DNA of 59,866 nt, filler included, from Piptocephalis cylindrospora (GCA_003614145.1; 5 parts of 5 records of this genome joined end to end with filler, not necessarily neighbours in it); one strand, 5' to 3'. Positions 1 to 12,290 are shown, numbered from the whole stretch's first letter. The notes: generated from the letters alone by a model not told the origin. Numbers and translations are program-made.

Positions 1-803
1 TTCCAATAGATCATCCCCAAGCGCATCCAATTCTACAGGGAAGACGGTAAGTTATGGTATGTGTCCAGATCAGTAGCTCCTAAAGCTCCCACTCACCAGC
101 CTCTAATTCTCCATCATCCAGTTCTTCGGGAACAGCATAGGACCGACCCATGGTGTCCTGGATCTCATTGGCCTGCTCCATCAGATCCTCCATTTCATCT
201 TGCAAACTCTGTAGCTCGTAGGAGAAAGGGACAGATGAGTACTGGATATTTTCTGACTCCATCCCTCCTTGATCATAATACTTTACCTCAATCTTATCCA
301 CACTGATGCCTTTGTACTGCTTCTTCAGCTCCTTATTCGCGGAAGTCATGGCCTCCACAGTCACGGCGGTGTTCTTGAGATTGTCCGTGGCAAAAGAGGC
401 CTGCTCCATATTGAACACCTGTTGTTGGAGGCTTTCTCTTTGGGATTCATAGAGCCGTTTCTGTTGCAGGACCCTGACGGCCCTTTGCTTCACTGCTTGC
501 TGTTGCGAATGGCGGCATGTTAAGATGGAAAAAATAGCCTCATCCCGCCCTCACCTCAATGTTTTACCTTGCCTGGCCCATCCCGCATCTTACTCATCTG
601 ATCCTTATACCGCAGCAACTCGGCCTCCAACCGACGAAGCTTCACATCCACCGACTCTACCCTATTGTCCGTCTGGAAAGGGAATGGGTGAGATCAACAA
701 TGGCAGGTCAGGATTACGTTGATGGAAGAGGACGTACTGCCGAGATGGCTTGGTTCAGGGTGGGATTGGGTTTCTTCTTACTAGTTCCAAAGAAACGGTT
801 CAT
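1..803 (-). CDS. VPS60: ESCRT-III Snf7-family protein Vps60/CHMP5, multi-exon, 3' end runs off the window
   Basis: ATG at 803 gives [22 protein letters not shown]; internal exons [33 protein letters not shown]...[31 protein letters not shown] match Vps60/CHMP5; short GT-AG introns. Confidence 0.93.
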
Positions 804-1104
804 TTGAGGAGACAGTGGTGGTGGGAAGAGGAGGAGATGGTGCAAACAAAGTGGGAAGGTGAGAGGAGGTAAAGGTTGTGGGAGGCAAGAACACACGTCC
901 TTTCATTCTCCACTCCTTGAATAATAAGTGCATCACAGGAATGATCCAGCTGGCATCATCTCACACCAACGAACGCACCGCCCACTGTGTGTGGTGCTTC
1001 CTCTCCACTAATATATCAATAGCAACAGAGCGTATTATCATCCTTATTGCGCGTGCTGCCCCATTCTTGTCCCTCCCAGCCTCCATCGCTCCTTTCCTTG
1101 ACAT

Positions 1105-1858
1105 ATGGATGAACGACAAGAAACTCTACGAGAGATGGCCGCTCTAGGCAACTGGAGGACCGTGCAATCCTTGCTTCAAGCAGGCGTACATCCTGATGGG
1201 CAAAACCCTGTAAACGGATGGTAGGTGATCTGGTGCTTACTTAGAGAGGAACAAACCTTCTCCAAGCTCATTCCAGGTTTATAGGACCGCTTTGCATTGG
1301 GCTAGCTCACGGGGACAAGGAAGGATCATCCCCATCCTATTGGCCGCCAAAGCCGACAAAACCATCCGGGATGGACAGGGAAGGACCCCGGCGGAGGTGG
1401 CAAAGGAGCCCGAGATTCGACGTCTCCTGGGTGAACAGCCAGATTCAAAGATTCTATCTGAACCCTCTACTGCATCTCCAGTATGGACCCCGAATTATCT
1501 CGCCAACCCTGATCTTTCCAGGACCTGGGCAACTCCCGATGAGGTTACTCCCGTAGCCCAGGATGCTCCACCAAGGGAGATTCTCGTGTATCATGGCCGT
1601 GTTGCGGATGATCGATTACTCGGAGCCGTCCTCGTCCCTCCCACCACCACCACTATGGATGCTCTATTGGCCCAGATCCACAGGGAGTTAGACGGGATTC
1701 CAGAAGGGGCCAGGCTTGCCCGGGCTCCCAATGATGATCCAGCCAAGATCATTCCGATTAACCGGAAACAAGGATCCTTAACCGTAGAGGGCATCATGCC
1801 CAGCGCCGCATCTGTCATTGTCCTTTTGCCCCAGCTTCCTACCGACTCTGATCCATAA
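1105..1858 (+). CDS. Ankyrin-repeat protein, ANKRD40-like (intron 1221-1284)
   Basis: Spliced MDERQETLREMAALGNWRTVQSLLQAGVHPDGQNPVNGW|TALHWASSRG...EIRRLLG and WTPNYLANP parallel ANKRD40 motifs (LREAAALG, QNEVNGWTCLHWA, FVPNYLANP). Confidence 0.85.
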
Positions 1859-1978
1859 ATACATCATTATGCGTATTTATTGATGGTTGTCTTTGTTATG
1901 TGCCATCCCTTCCCCCCCCCCCACTCTTTCTCTTTCTCTATCGTATCTCACATGGTTTGAATTCGTTTTCTGGGCTGT

Positions 1979-3772
1979 CTAGTGCCCTCCACGCTCAACC
2001 GCTGGCTCATACAAGAGGACCTGGGATAGTCTGTACAGGATGAGTTTCAGGGTTTGTCGGGTGAGGCCCGCCATCCCTGTCAGATTTCTATCCGCACCCA
2101 GGAGGATGAGTACTGTATCCGGGAGGTTCATTCCTCCTCCACTCTCCTTAAACTCACCTAGACATGCTTCCCCAATCCCTCCACACTTCCCGGTCTCCTC
2201 CAGGATGGGAAGAAACAAAGGTGGGGGGTGGGGTGGCATAAGACTTGAAGCCCACGATATTGGGAAAGCCAGGGCCGGCAGCGGAAGTGGCGATCTGACG
2301 CTTGAGATTCCCTAGTTCTGGGCCCGAAGGGGTTCGGAAGGGATCCTCGTGACCTCCTCCTCCACCCATGACTAGGCATTCATTCTTCCACCAGCGGGAG
2401 AAGCGTTGAAGGGGCTCATCCCCCCCCTTCCAGGGGCCCCAGGTGCCTGAGGAGAAGGATTGGAGGATGGATCGGACGGTGTGGATATTAGTGAGCCCCT
2501 CAGGGCTACGAGTCAGACAAGCGAATAGAGGGATAGCATGAGGTCCATGGGCGTCAATTCCCAGCTCCCGTCGGATGTCAGCCATAGGATAGAGGGAGGC
2601 CAGGAGAAGGTCGTATGGCGCATCAAAGGTATAGATGAGACATGGAGAAGTGAGGCCACTGAAGAGGAGGATCGATCGGTTTGTGGAAAGGATGGGGATC
2701 TGGAGGGTAGATGCGAGGGTGACGGCCCTCGCCCTAGCCCTACCCCGAACTTCTTTCCATTCCACTCCTAATATGTTCATCATTTTCTAGGGTGATCAAG
2801 TAGTGAGATAGTGATGGCGAGGGATGGGGGCGGGGATACGGTCGATGCAAGATCACTGCCTACCTTAACATCGCCAATGAGACCACCGTGAGTGGCATGA
2901 ATAAGAGGGGTGGGTCGGGCCAGCTGGGTGGAAAGCTCGTCCAGCCATACACGAGCATCATTCCCAAGGAGGGTGTGGGAAAGGAAAGCGGCAGAGGCCA
3001 CCAGCTCGTCCGTATCCCCCCATCCAGGCCAGTTGGAGGAGGGAAGGGGAATGCTGAGGGGAGAAGGAGGGCTCTGGGACCATTGCTTCCATTGACTCAC
3101 ATCCTGAAGTATACTGGCCCACAGCTCCAGGGATTCACGTAAGGCCTTGGCTCTGCCTTTGCTTTTGGGCAGATTGGGCGGGGCCAGGACCTGCTTCTGT
3201 GCTCGAGTACTCCCATCACGGACAATGTTGGATGGAAGAGTCATGGCTTCACGCAAGACCTCCTCCCAATCGGGCATGTGATCCTCCAGACGCTTCCAAG
3301 CGATCTTGGCCAGAAGGGCCTGGGATGACAAGGGAGGAGGAATAGGATCACTTTCTTCACTGTCACTCCTATTTATGGAAGATGCTCGCTCTGGGTAGAG
3401 CCCTTTGACAAAGGAACCATTATACGCCTCATTTTTGATCTATAGAGACAGGATGATATTATACATAAGGCCCCTATCTCTTTCTTTGCCTTACTCCTAC
3501 CTCCTCAGCCCTACCTCCATGGAATTAAAGACCACTATGGGCTTGATATCCAGGATCAGGAGGCGGATCAGACGGAAAAAGAGCCGAGGGAGGATCAGCT
3601 GAGGAGGTTGCCCTGCGTCAACCTGGAACCAGCTGGTGGCATCCACCACCACGGTTTGGCCCTTGAGACAGGTGAGGGAAACGGTAGTTCGGTAGGGGTT
3701 TACCTTGCTCCAGAAGACCTCCCTGCTGGGATCCACGTCGGTGTCATTGTGAGCTAAAGCCTCGTTTGGCAT
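1979..3772 (-). CDS. XPG/Rad2/FEN1-family PIN-fold protein with degenerate active site (about 4 exons; 3' end approximate)
   Basis: N-domain LKGQTVVVDATSW...LFFRLIRLLILDIKPIVVFNS; after a spacer the I-domain DVK|KMMNILGVEWKEVRGRARARAVTLA...STNRSILLFSG...IRRELGID; in-frame introns about 3514-3440 and 2863-2787. Confidence 0.7.
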
Positions 3773-4038
3773 GCTAGTGGGATGAGGGGGAGGGGGGGCA
3801 TAGGTAAGATGGTCTAGAGAAAAGGGCTAGGGCGCGAGGTTGATTATATTCGTTCTACGCGTGATAATGCTCGAAAATCAACCTGTATCCGTATATCGCG
3901 TGTATAGGGGTAGATACTCAGACAAGGCTGGATGTGCTCTCTGGTACATTCTCTTGGGACTTCCTATAGAAGCTAGGGCCGGCTGTTGTGATGCGGCAAA
4001 TTTTATAAACATAATGGATGCTGTAAATTATGATTATA

Positions 4039-4850
4039 CAACGTATCGTGAAAATAAGCTGATATTTATACCACCATGGGCCCTTTTCTTCGTCATTATT
4101 CTTCTGGAAACCCATTCTTGATGAAATAAAATGCGCTAGAAGCGTAAGGACGACACAATCAAAAATAACTAAAGTAATTTTAAATTGATCAATAACCCAC
4201 TGCAGAAAGCAAGAAATTGTGATATAGACTACACCGGTGCACTTTCGATGCAAGACTTTGCAAATTCCATTACCAACCATCAATACCCAATACATCCACC
4301 CTTTGCCTTTAAAACCGCTTGCATCCTTGAAGGCATGCTGTCAATGAGGTTTAGGGCTACACCCTGGGGGATTTGAGCCTGGAGAACGAGAGGACCATTC
4401 CAGGATTTGGATCATATTGAGCATCTCTGGGGATACCTAAAGAGGCAGCTAGCCGCCTACGAGAGGATCCCCCCACCAATATCGATGCTCTTTGGGCCCG
4501 GGTGGAATCAGAATGGGATCGGATTCCCCAGGATATAGCCCTGAACCTCATCGACAGCATGCCTTCAAGGATGCAAGCGGTTTTAAAGGCAAAGGGTGAA
4601 AGTACAAGATGTTGATGGTTGGAGATGGAGTTTGCAGAATCCTGCATCGAAACTGTGTCGTCATTTATTTCACAATTATTTAATTCCTAGAGTTATTTAT
4701 TTTTCAATCTAAATTTACTCTACTTCCTGTTGATTGTATTATCCATGCGCTTCTAGTGTACTCTATTTCATGAAGAATGGTTCCCCAGAAGAATGATGAA
4801 GAAAAGAGTCCATGATGGTATAAATACTGGTGTATTTTCACAATACACTG
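4039..4850. mobile_element. Non-autonomous Tc1/mariner-derived foldback element with ~330-bp inverted arms, TA flanks and transposase C-terminal remnants
   Basis: TA|CAACGTATCGTGAAAATA...TATTTTCACAATACACTG|TA ends; arms 4039-4372 and 4523-4850 are reverse complements; + strand DLDHIEHLWGYLKRQL/(frameshift)LWARVESEWDRIPQDIALNLIDSMPSRMQAVLKAKG is a Tc1 C-terminus. Confidence 0.85.
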
Positions 4851-5182
4851 TATATCTACTCACTTCTGGAAGACTTGCCTTGGACTCTCTCTCATGTACA
4901 TGCAAGATGTAAAGTGTGTAAAAGACCTGTCGTTGTAGCATTCTGTGCATGTCACACACCCTACTCATTTATCCACTCGCTCACACTCTCAGTGTGTCTG
5001 CACCGCCTCCGTCTGGAACACACAACACACACACACGCCAATGTATAAAAAGAGTGCGGTTGGATTGCTTCAGCCACTCACATTCCACACCATTTCCTTT
5101 TTCCCTCTTCTCTCTTTCTCCCTTCTCGCTTTCTCCCTCTCCTCTCTTCTCCCTCTTATCGTTATTCTCAAATCACTCCAAC

Positions 5183-7017
5183 ATGGACAGAGTAGTTATT
5201 GAAGATCTGGATGTGGATGCACCAGCAATCTCGGCTACGACCAACGGTCATCCCTCTGATCAGGAACAGGCCGTGGAGAGGCCCGTGGAGACCTCGGATA
5301 TAGAGGGTATTCCACCCCAGGATTCTATCATAGTAGAGGATAGGGAGGGGGGAGGGGGAGAGCAGGTAGAAAGGGCGCGAGAGAACGAGGAAACGGAGAT
5401 CAGGGACTGGCCCGAGTCGCGCGATCGTCGGTCCTATTCGCGGGGCAGGTCCTACTCCCCCGACCATCGTCGTCGGGAAGGGAGGGAGAGCCCGCGTCGT
5501 CGATCCCGCTCTCCCCGGGGAGATGCCCGGGGAAATTCCCGGAGGGGTGCCCCAATGGGTAGGGGGGCAGGGATGGGGGTAGGAGGCGGACCAGTTGGGC
5601 CTGGGCCGGTGGGCCGACCCACCGAGAACATCTTTGTATGGGGGAAAAAGTCCGTGACGGGGAACCGGACGTACGTTGGAAATTTGGCCTACTCGGTGAG
5701 GGTCGCGGACCTCCAGGAGCACTTTGGCAAGTACGGAGAGGTGGTGTACGCCGAGGTGCTAGAGCGGATGGGTCGAAGCCAAGGTGGAGGGTTGGTCGAA
5801 TACGCTGAGGCTTCCCAGAAGGAAGAGGCCATGCGATCCATGCAAAATCACATTATCCTCGGTAGGCCCATCTTTCTTCGGGAGGATCGGGTGGATTCGA
5901 ATGTCACCCCGGCGGCCCGCCCTCCTCACTCTTTTGGACCTCCTCCTCCTTCCATGGGCGCCATGGGTGGTGGAAGGGATCGCGGAAGATCCCCTCCTCC
6001 GGGTCGCCATGGCCCTCCCTTTCCCTCCATGGGTTATCGTGGGGGCTCGGGGATGGGAGGGGGATACCGCGATCGGATGGATCATGGATTTCCTGGATCT
6101 GGAGGAGGTCGGGGAGGACCGATGGCAGGAGGAGGAGGAGGAGGAGCGCCAGGTCGGGGTCTCTGGGTGGGGAATCTTCCTTATACGGTGTCGTGGCAGC
6201 AGCTCAAAGATGTGTTTCGGGACCAGGGTACCGTGGAGCGAGCAGACATCCAGCTGGATGGGGCAGGTCGTAGCCGTGGAAGCGGAGTGGTCACGATGGC
6301 CCGGCCTGAAGATGCCAGTCGAGCCATCCGATCCCTGGATGGAACGCTGTGGGCCGGCCGACGCATTGAAGTCCGAGAAGATCGCCATAACATGGCAGGG
6401 GGTGGGCCTCCCGGAGGTGGGGCTCATGGGTTTGGACCGAGTCCAGGTATGGCTCATGGATACCGTGGTCCGCCCTCCTTTGGGGGAGGGCCCGGGCACG
6501 GTCCTCCTCCTTCATCTAGGCCCTACCCATCCTCCATGGGACCCTCTGGACCTCTTCCCCGGACCTCCCGGTCTCCTCCTCCTTATGCTGGGGCCAAGGG
6601 ACCTCCTGGTCGGGGGTACGGCCCTCTTCCTACCGGGCCTGGACAGGGGAGTAAGGACTCTGTCGGGGCAAGGGCTGGATCGATCGCCTCCCCCCCCTCT
6701 CCTGCCCTAAGGGTATCTAATGTAAGTTGGAAGAGACATGGTTTTTATGGATAAAGTCGAGCTTCTCTCATCTCGGTCCTATTCGATGATAGCTCCCGTA
6801 CTCGACGACGCGCGAGGATTTGGATGACCTTTTCAAGGCGTTTGGCCCGATGGATCGGTGTGTACTGGATGTGGATGGGTCGGGGGCGGCCATGGGGACC
6901 GGATCGGTCCTTTACCTTTCCCAGCAAGCGGCAGATCGGTCGGTGAGCAAGTTGAATGGGTATCTTTATGGGGGGAGGAAGTTGGAAGTTCGGTATGATT
7001 CTGGAAGGAGGGTTTGA
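5183..7017 (+). CDS. SR/RGG-rich three-RRM RNA-binding protein, Gbp2/Hrb1 (hnRNP M)-like (intron 6722-6792)
   Basis: RS region RSYSRGRSYSP; RRMs TYVGNLAYSV...GRPIFLREDR, LWVGNLPYTVSWQQLKDVFR...GRRIEVREDR, LRVSN|LPYSTTREDLDDLF...LNGYLYGGRKLEVRY. Confidence 0.88.
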
Positions 7018-7250
7018 CGAGGGGGATTGGGTGGGGATTGGGTGGGAGGGGGATAGCTCCATACAAAGGACGTGATGTGGTGGGGAGGATAAAAGCAGGA
7101 GGCATTTCACCTTGTCCGGCTCGGATCGCGTTAGATACCATGAAAGGGAGATGTGTGCTGATGAAGAGTGTGTGTCATGGGTGTGACCAGAGGCTGTATG
7201 CAACGTGAGATGGGTGGGTGTATGGCAGGGATGGGCATTGTACAGCATGG

Positions 7251-7345
7251 AGGGGGGGGGGGGGGGGGGGGGGGGGACATCAAAGGGGGGGTGGTAGGGG
7301 AAGTTTTGGAGGGGGGGGGGGGGGGGGGGGAGGGGGGGGGGGGGT
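7251..7345 (+). repeat. Poly-G low-complexity tracts
   Basis: Several G runs of 10-25 nt seen directly. Confidence 0.9.
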
Positions 7346-8489
7346 GTGACAAGGCGTGAGACCCGTTTTTTGAGGGGATAGGATGGAAGGGGGGGGGGAT
7401 TGTACGACTATGCGATGCCATGTTTTTTGGGGAGAGGGGAAAGGGTCCTTTGTGAATTAGCGTTGGGCTCGGGGGCGAGTGATACCCTAGTGTACTGTAC
7501 TTTCACGTGCTTTCACGTTGAAGGCTATGCAGGAGGAGACTCTTTTTCAAAAGGAGGAGGCTCATTGATGTATCAGTGTGTGGGTGTATTTAAGAAGGTA
7601 TTCGAAGGGATATTTGCGCGTGTATGAAGATGGAATATGGGAACCTTTATCTCTCATTCCCCATGGATCACCCTTGGCGTAGCAATATGTGCTATGGGGG
7701 AAGACAGCCTCCCCTGCCTCTGTACCGCTAGGGACTTGGATTTGCATGCTGTTATCAGGGACTGACACGTGGGGGCGGTAGATAGATCGCTTATTTTTCA
7801 AGGAGTCCTGTTCCCCCGGACGACTTGAAGAATGGTTCATTTCTCTACTGGTTGTGCACATTCAAGCAGCACACCAAGTTGGTCCTTTTCTTCCCTGGAG
7901 TATGGGAAAGGGCACTCCTTTCTCTTCCTCGTGGTGGCATAGGACCATCATCAAGGGTGTAATGCTGGTGATTGTCCAGGGAGAAGAGGTCCCATGCTCC
8001 AATCTTATAGTGCCCTTATACTGTAATAATAAGCGAGTGATAGAGCTGCACATCCCTATCACCAGGTAAGGTCATCCCTTCAGGTCAGTCTGTGCTCTCT
8101 CTCTAATCAGGGCCCAATTAGCCCCATCTCCCCCCCAACACGGAGCACCCGCGCTTCATCCTCACACTTTCACATTCCAAGCGTGCGCGCGCACTCCCCT
8201 TGACACAGTGAGGGAGTATGAATGTGCATGTATGTGGGTATTCGGTCATCGGTCGGGGTGGATGATCTGAAAGCGCGTGGGGCGCTTGGCTGGGTTTTGG
8301 GGGGGAGGAGGAGGGAGGCCGACGACGTCAAAAAGGCAGGGCGCGCGCGCCACTTTTTCCCCTTCTCTCCCTTCTCTCCTCCCTTCTCTCTTCTCTCCCA
8401 CCCCACTCTCCTGTATCTCACTCTCCATCCTGCTCCCCAAAGGACTTGATCTTGCGTCCAAACCCTCACCCACATCTCCTCTCAGCACC

Positions 8490-9381
8490 ATGACCAACTG
8501 GACTCTTGCCGTATGTGCTGCACTAGAGATAGATCACACGCTCATCTCCCAGTTCCATGTCATTCTTCCTTTCTCACTCTATTTCCCTCTCCTTCCTCCT
8601 TCCCCCTCTCTAGATCCCCTCGGAACCCACCCCGAAGCTCGTGCATGTCACCGACATTGCAAAGGACGCTAGCGAGGATAAGGTCCGCGAGTTCTTCCTC
8701 TTTTGCGGAAAGATCCAAAAGTTTGAGCTCAAAGATGCCTCGAACGAGAAGACCAAGGAGGCCCTGATCCTGTTTGACAAGGAATCCGCCGCAAAGACCG
8801 CCACTATGCTCTCCAACGCTGTCATCAACGAGCAGCAAATCACTGTCCAATACTACTTTGACCAGTTCCACTCCGCCTCCGCCACTGCCGAGCACGACGA
8901 TGCTGCTAATGCCGATGCCCGTGGCTCCAATGCCGGATCCCAGGAGGAGAAGCCCAAGACCGGAATTGTCACCGAGGTGGTTGCTGCCGGCTACGGCCTC
9001 CAGCACTCCATCCTCTCCCACGCCAAGGAGTGGGATGCTCGGTACGGTGTGGCCGAGCGTCTTCAGGCCTACTACGTCCAGGCCCTGGATAAGGCCAATC
9101 AGATTGACCAGCAGTACAAACTCCGTGAGACCGTCACCTCCAAGGCCGGTGAGCTCGATGCCAAGTTCGACGTGTCCGGCAAGGTTGGCGCTGCCACCGC
9201 CCAGATGCAAGCTGCTGCCAACTCTGCTCTTCAGACTGGCCCCGGCCAAAAGGCCTCCACCTTCTACTCCCAGACCCGGGATCAGGTGACCGAGGGTTTG
9301 GAGGTTGGGAGGGCCAAGACCGGCAGTGGCGACGCTGCGGCCGGCCCCGCCCCCAATTCTACTTCTGATTCCTCTTCCTAG
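8490..9381 (+). CDS. Vip1-like single-RRM protein (intron 8511-8613)
   Basis: MTNWTLA|IPSEPTPKLVHVTDIAKDASEDKVREFFLFCGKI...FDKESAAKTATMLSNA...QEEKPKTGIVTEVVAAGYGL matches the S. pombe Vip1 family pattern; strong codon bias. Confidence 0.82.
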
Positions 9382-9982
9382 ATGAGGATGATTAGGAGAG
9401 AGGGGAGACTCGCTTGGAGAGATGAAGAAGGGATGGGGAAGGATTAGGTCTGTGTGTGTGTGTGTGTGTGTTGTATGACCTATTCCTGTGTCGTGTGAGA
9501 CTGCTCTCTCTTTCTCTCTGTTTGTGTTGAGCACATTGCTCTTTGCTCTATCGTCGAATAAATCCTTTCTTCCTTTTACTTCCCTTTTCTTCAGCAGCCC
9601 CTGAACGTAGACCCGTAAATAAAAGCTGAGCTTCTCTCTCTCTCTCCTTTCATTTCCCTTTTCCTAATCATCCGTGTTTTTTTTAGCGCATCGTCGACGC
9701 GAAAGACCCTTCTTGTCCAGGATCACATTATCTTGTGCTCAGCCATAGCTGATGGGCCCCTCTCCTCCTCATCACTCTGTGCAGTCCATACTGAGAATGC
9801 CTTGTCTCCCCATCTGAGAAATGTGTGAGCAAGTGTCACACTACTTTTTTTTAAGGACTGAGCACGCGCTATTGACCCGCTTTTCTATCCCTGGTTGTAT
9901 CTCTTCTCCCTTCTTCCCTCTCCCTTCCTTCCTCCACCTCCCTCTCCATCCTTCTTCCCTCTTTCCCCTTTCTCTCCTCGCC

Positions 9983-10612
9983 ATGCAACATCCCACTCAC
10001 TGCCCTCTATGCTCCAAAGAACTACGGCAATTCCACCTGGATCTCACCTCCAAGGTCCAACTCTGCCCTGATCCCGAGGTACAGGATTTGCAATTGCCTT
10101 CCATACCCTCCTGTCACTCATCCCTCCCCTCCTCATAGTGTATCTACCCTCTCATGGAGCCCAACCTTTCATCCTTTCTCTCTATCCCCCCTACCAAATC
10201 CTCGTCGTCGTCGAGAAAGAAGAGCAACTCTCATCCTAAAAAAGCGGCCAGGACATCCACTCGGGTCAGTCCGTATCCAAAGGCATGTCCCTCTTCCTCT
10301 TCCCCCATTGCCTCTCCTTCCTGTATCACCCCGTATAATGACCCCGGTCTCTCTCGCACCCCAACAGCGCTTTTAGCCTCTTCTGCTAGCCCTGTCCGCG
10401 ACCACCGTACATCCCCTTCTCTCTCCCCTTCTCTCCCTACCCCCCTCCCCTCCCCATCTCCCATGGTAGATCCCACGGCGTATCCTCCACTCATCCAGGA
10501 AGGATCTCAAGTTCATTCAGACGGCCGACAACAAGCTCATTTTTCAGAGGTCTTCTCCACCTCCGAGGATCTACATCAATTTCTCTTTGCCGATACAGGG
10601 CTTAACATTTAA
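9983..10612 (+). CDS. Small protein: N-terminal C4 zinc ribbon plus Ser/Pro-rich tail (intron 10079-10138)
   Basis: Splicing joins HCPLCSKELRQFHLDLTSKVQLCPDPE to CIYPLMEPNL in frame with ORF 10154-10612. Confidence 0.72.
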
Positions 10613-11012
10613 CCCCCCCCCCCTCCCACTTCCCTCCATCTCCCTTCTCAATAGGGATGGAGACATGATGATCTAAATCTCCTCATCATGATTCTTGTAT
10701 GTGTACTACAGCAAAAAGTACTCTATCCTTTCTCCCTCTTCCATGTATCACAAGGATACATCTTTATCATTACACGTTATTGAATCATTCTTTTCCTGTG
10801 TCTCCTCGTTCTTTTTCCGTATCTCGCTGTTTTTCTGTATCCCCTTATCCCCATCCTAGAGAGCATGTCCATAGGGCGGGGATTCGAGTGACGCGTCCTT
10901 CATCTTGTCCCACACCTGTTCCATGTCAACATGACCGCCCTCTTGAATCGAATCGATCATCCCATATGTCCGACAGCTCCCCCCATCCTCTTCCTCTTCC
11001 TCTCTCCTCACA

Positions 11013-11906
11013 ATGACTACAACTGCAACCGAGGATCCCTCGCCTCCAACCGCCGCTTCAGACGAAAAGGACCAGGTTCTTTCCCTCACACGAGATAGAC
11101 TTACCGACTTGGTTTACTGGTCTTTGGACCATCTTCTCCACGACGATGCCATCTTTTATGCAGAGGCCCTTCTGGCCACAGAGGGCATGAGGGAGGAAGA
11201 GTGCGACGAGTCCACCGCCCTCCTAGCCACATGTCTTCTTCGGTCCGGGTCCCCGGGAAGGACCATTGCCGCACTGGAAACCCGGGACTTGGGTCCCCTC
11301 TCTGCTTACTGGTATGCCCGTGCCCTCATGGCCGTTCAGCGGTGGGACGAAGCCTCGGAGCATCTTCAGGCCCTCATGCGCCATCCCTGTTACACCAGGC
11401 CCCTGGTTCCTTCCATGACCGGGGGAGGTCTCCTGGTCCGACGATGCTTTCGTGTCGACCGGTCCGCCCTCCTCCTGGCCTATGGTCAATGTCAAGTGTA
11501 AGTCCTCTCTCTTGTTGGTCCTTTTTTCCTATCAGACTTTGTGATCATCCTCCCTCGCCTTCGTTAGGGAAAAGGCAAGGGGGGTTCAGGCAAATCATAT
11601 CCTCCATCTCCAAGAGGACCAGCCTTTGACCGGCCATATCAAGTGGGCTAAAGAGGCTCTTGGGGAGGCCCTAAGGGAGAATCCCTTTCTGTGGTCCGCC
11701 TCTCACTCTCTAGCTCAGTTGGGATGTGAGTGTTTCACTTGGAGGAGCATCCATGTCCCATCCCACCACTCACCCCCCATCGTCCTTAGTGGAAAGTTGT
11801 GAAGCTTCTACCTCAGCAGAAAGTGTAAATCAGGAGATAGGAAAGAGCGATAAGGAGGACAGGGAGGAGGGGGTCGTGGTGGGTCATACCATCTTTTCCT
11901 CCCCTT
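11013..11906 (+). CDS. CDC27: APC/C TPR subunit Cdc27/Apc3, N-terminal part, truncated at contig end
   Basis: LVYWSLDHLLHDDAIFYAEAL...ALLATCLLRSG...SAYWYARALMAVQRWDEA; later exon ALRENPFLWSASHSLAQLG resembles the Cdc27 LNPFLWS motif. Confidence 0.75.
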
Positions 11907-12006
11907 NNNNNNNNNNNNNNNNNNNNNNNNNNNNNNNNNNNNNNNNNNNNTTAATTAATTAANNNNNNNNNNNNNNNNNNNNNNNNNNNNNNNNNNNNNN
12001 NNNNNN
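11907..12006. other. Artificial contig linker
   Basis: N44-TTAATTAATTAA-N44 (stops in all six frames). Confidence 0.98.
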
Positions 12007-12290
12007 ACAGGTACGGGGAATATATGCTAAGGGCCAGAGAAAGGAAATGTTCATAGGACAATAACCGCTTAACATGTATCGTGTATTCTGGAGAGAAAAA
12101 GAGGGAATCGTTATTTTGTCCATTCGCCAATATCATTGTAGCAGTACAAAAAATTCAATATTTACTCCTATGACCAGCGGTGATCCTATTATGGCAGACC
12201 CTAGTAGAGAAAGAGCGATAAAAAGACCATACTCAATTCATCCAAGGTGGCTAATCTGCCTTTCCCTTCTTTTCACTCCAAAAGGTAATG

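Noticed and set aside
7251..7345. Poly-G tracts as a functional G-quadruplex, and terminal poly-C (59815-59866) as a telomere
   Set aside because: Homopolymers of uncertain length are prone to sequencing and assembly artefacts; there is no telomeric repeat unit
8560..9534. 324-aa antisense ORF, and similar shadows over the Gbp2-like gene, HUT1, GLR1, ENT3 and SDA1
   Set aside because: Expected by-product of codon bias and GC content opposite real genes; no recognisable domains
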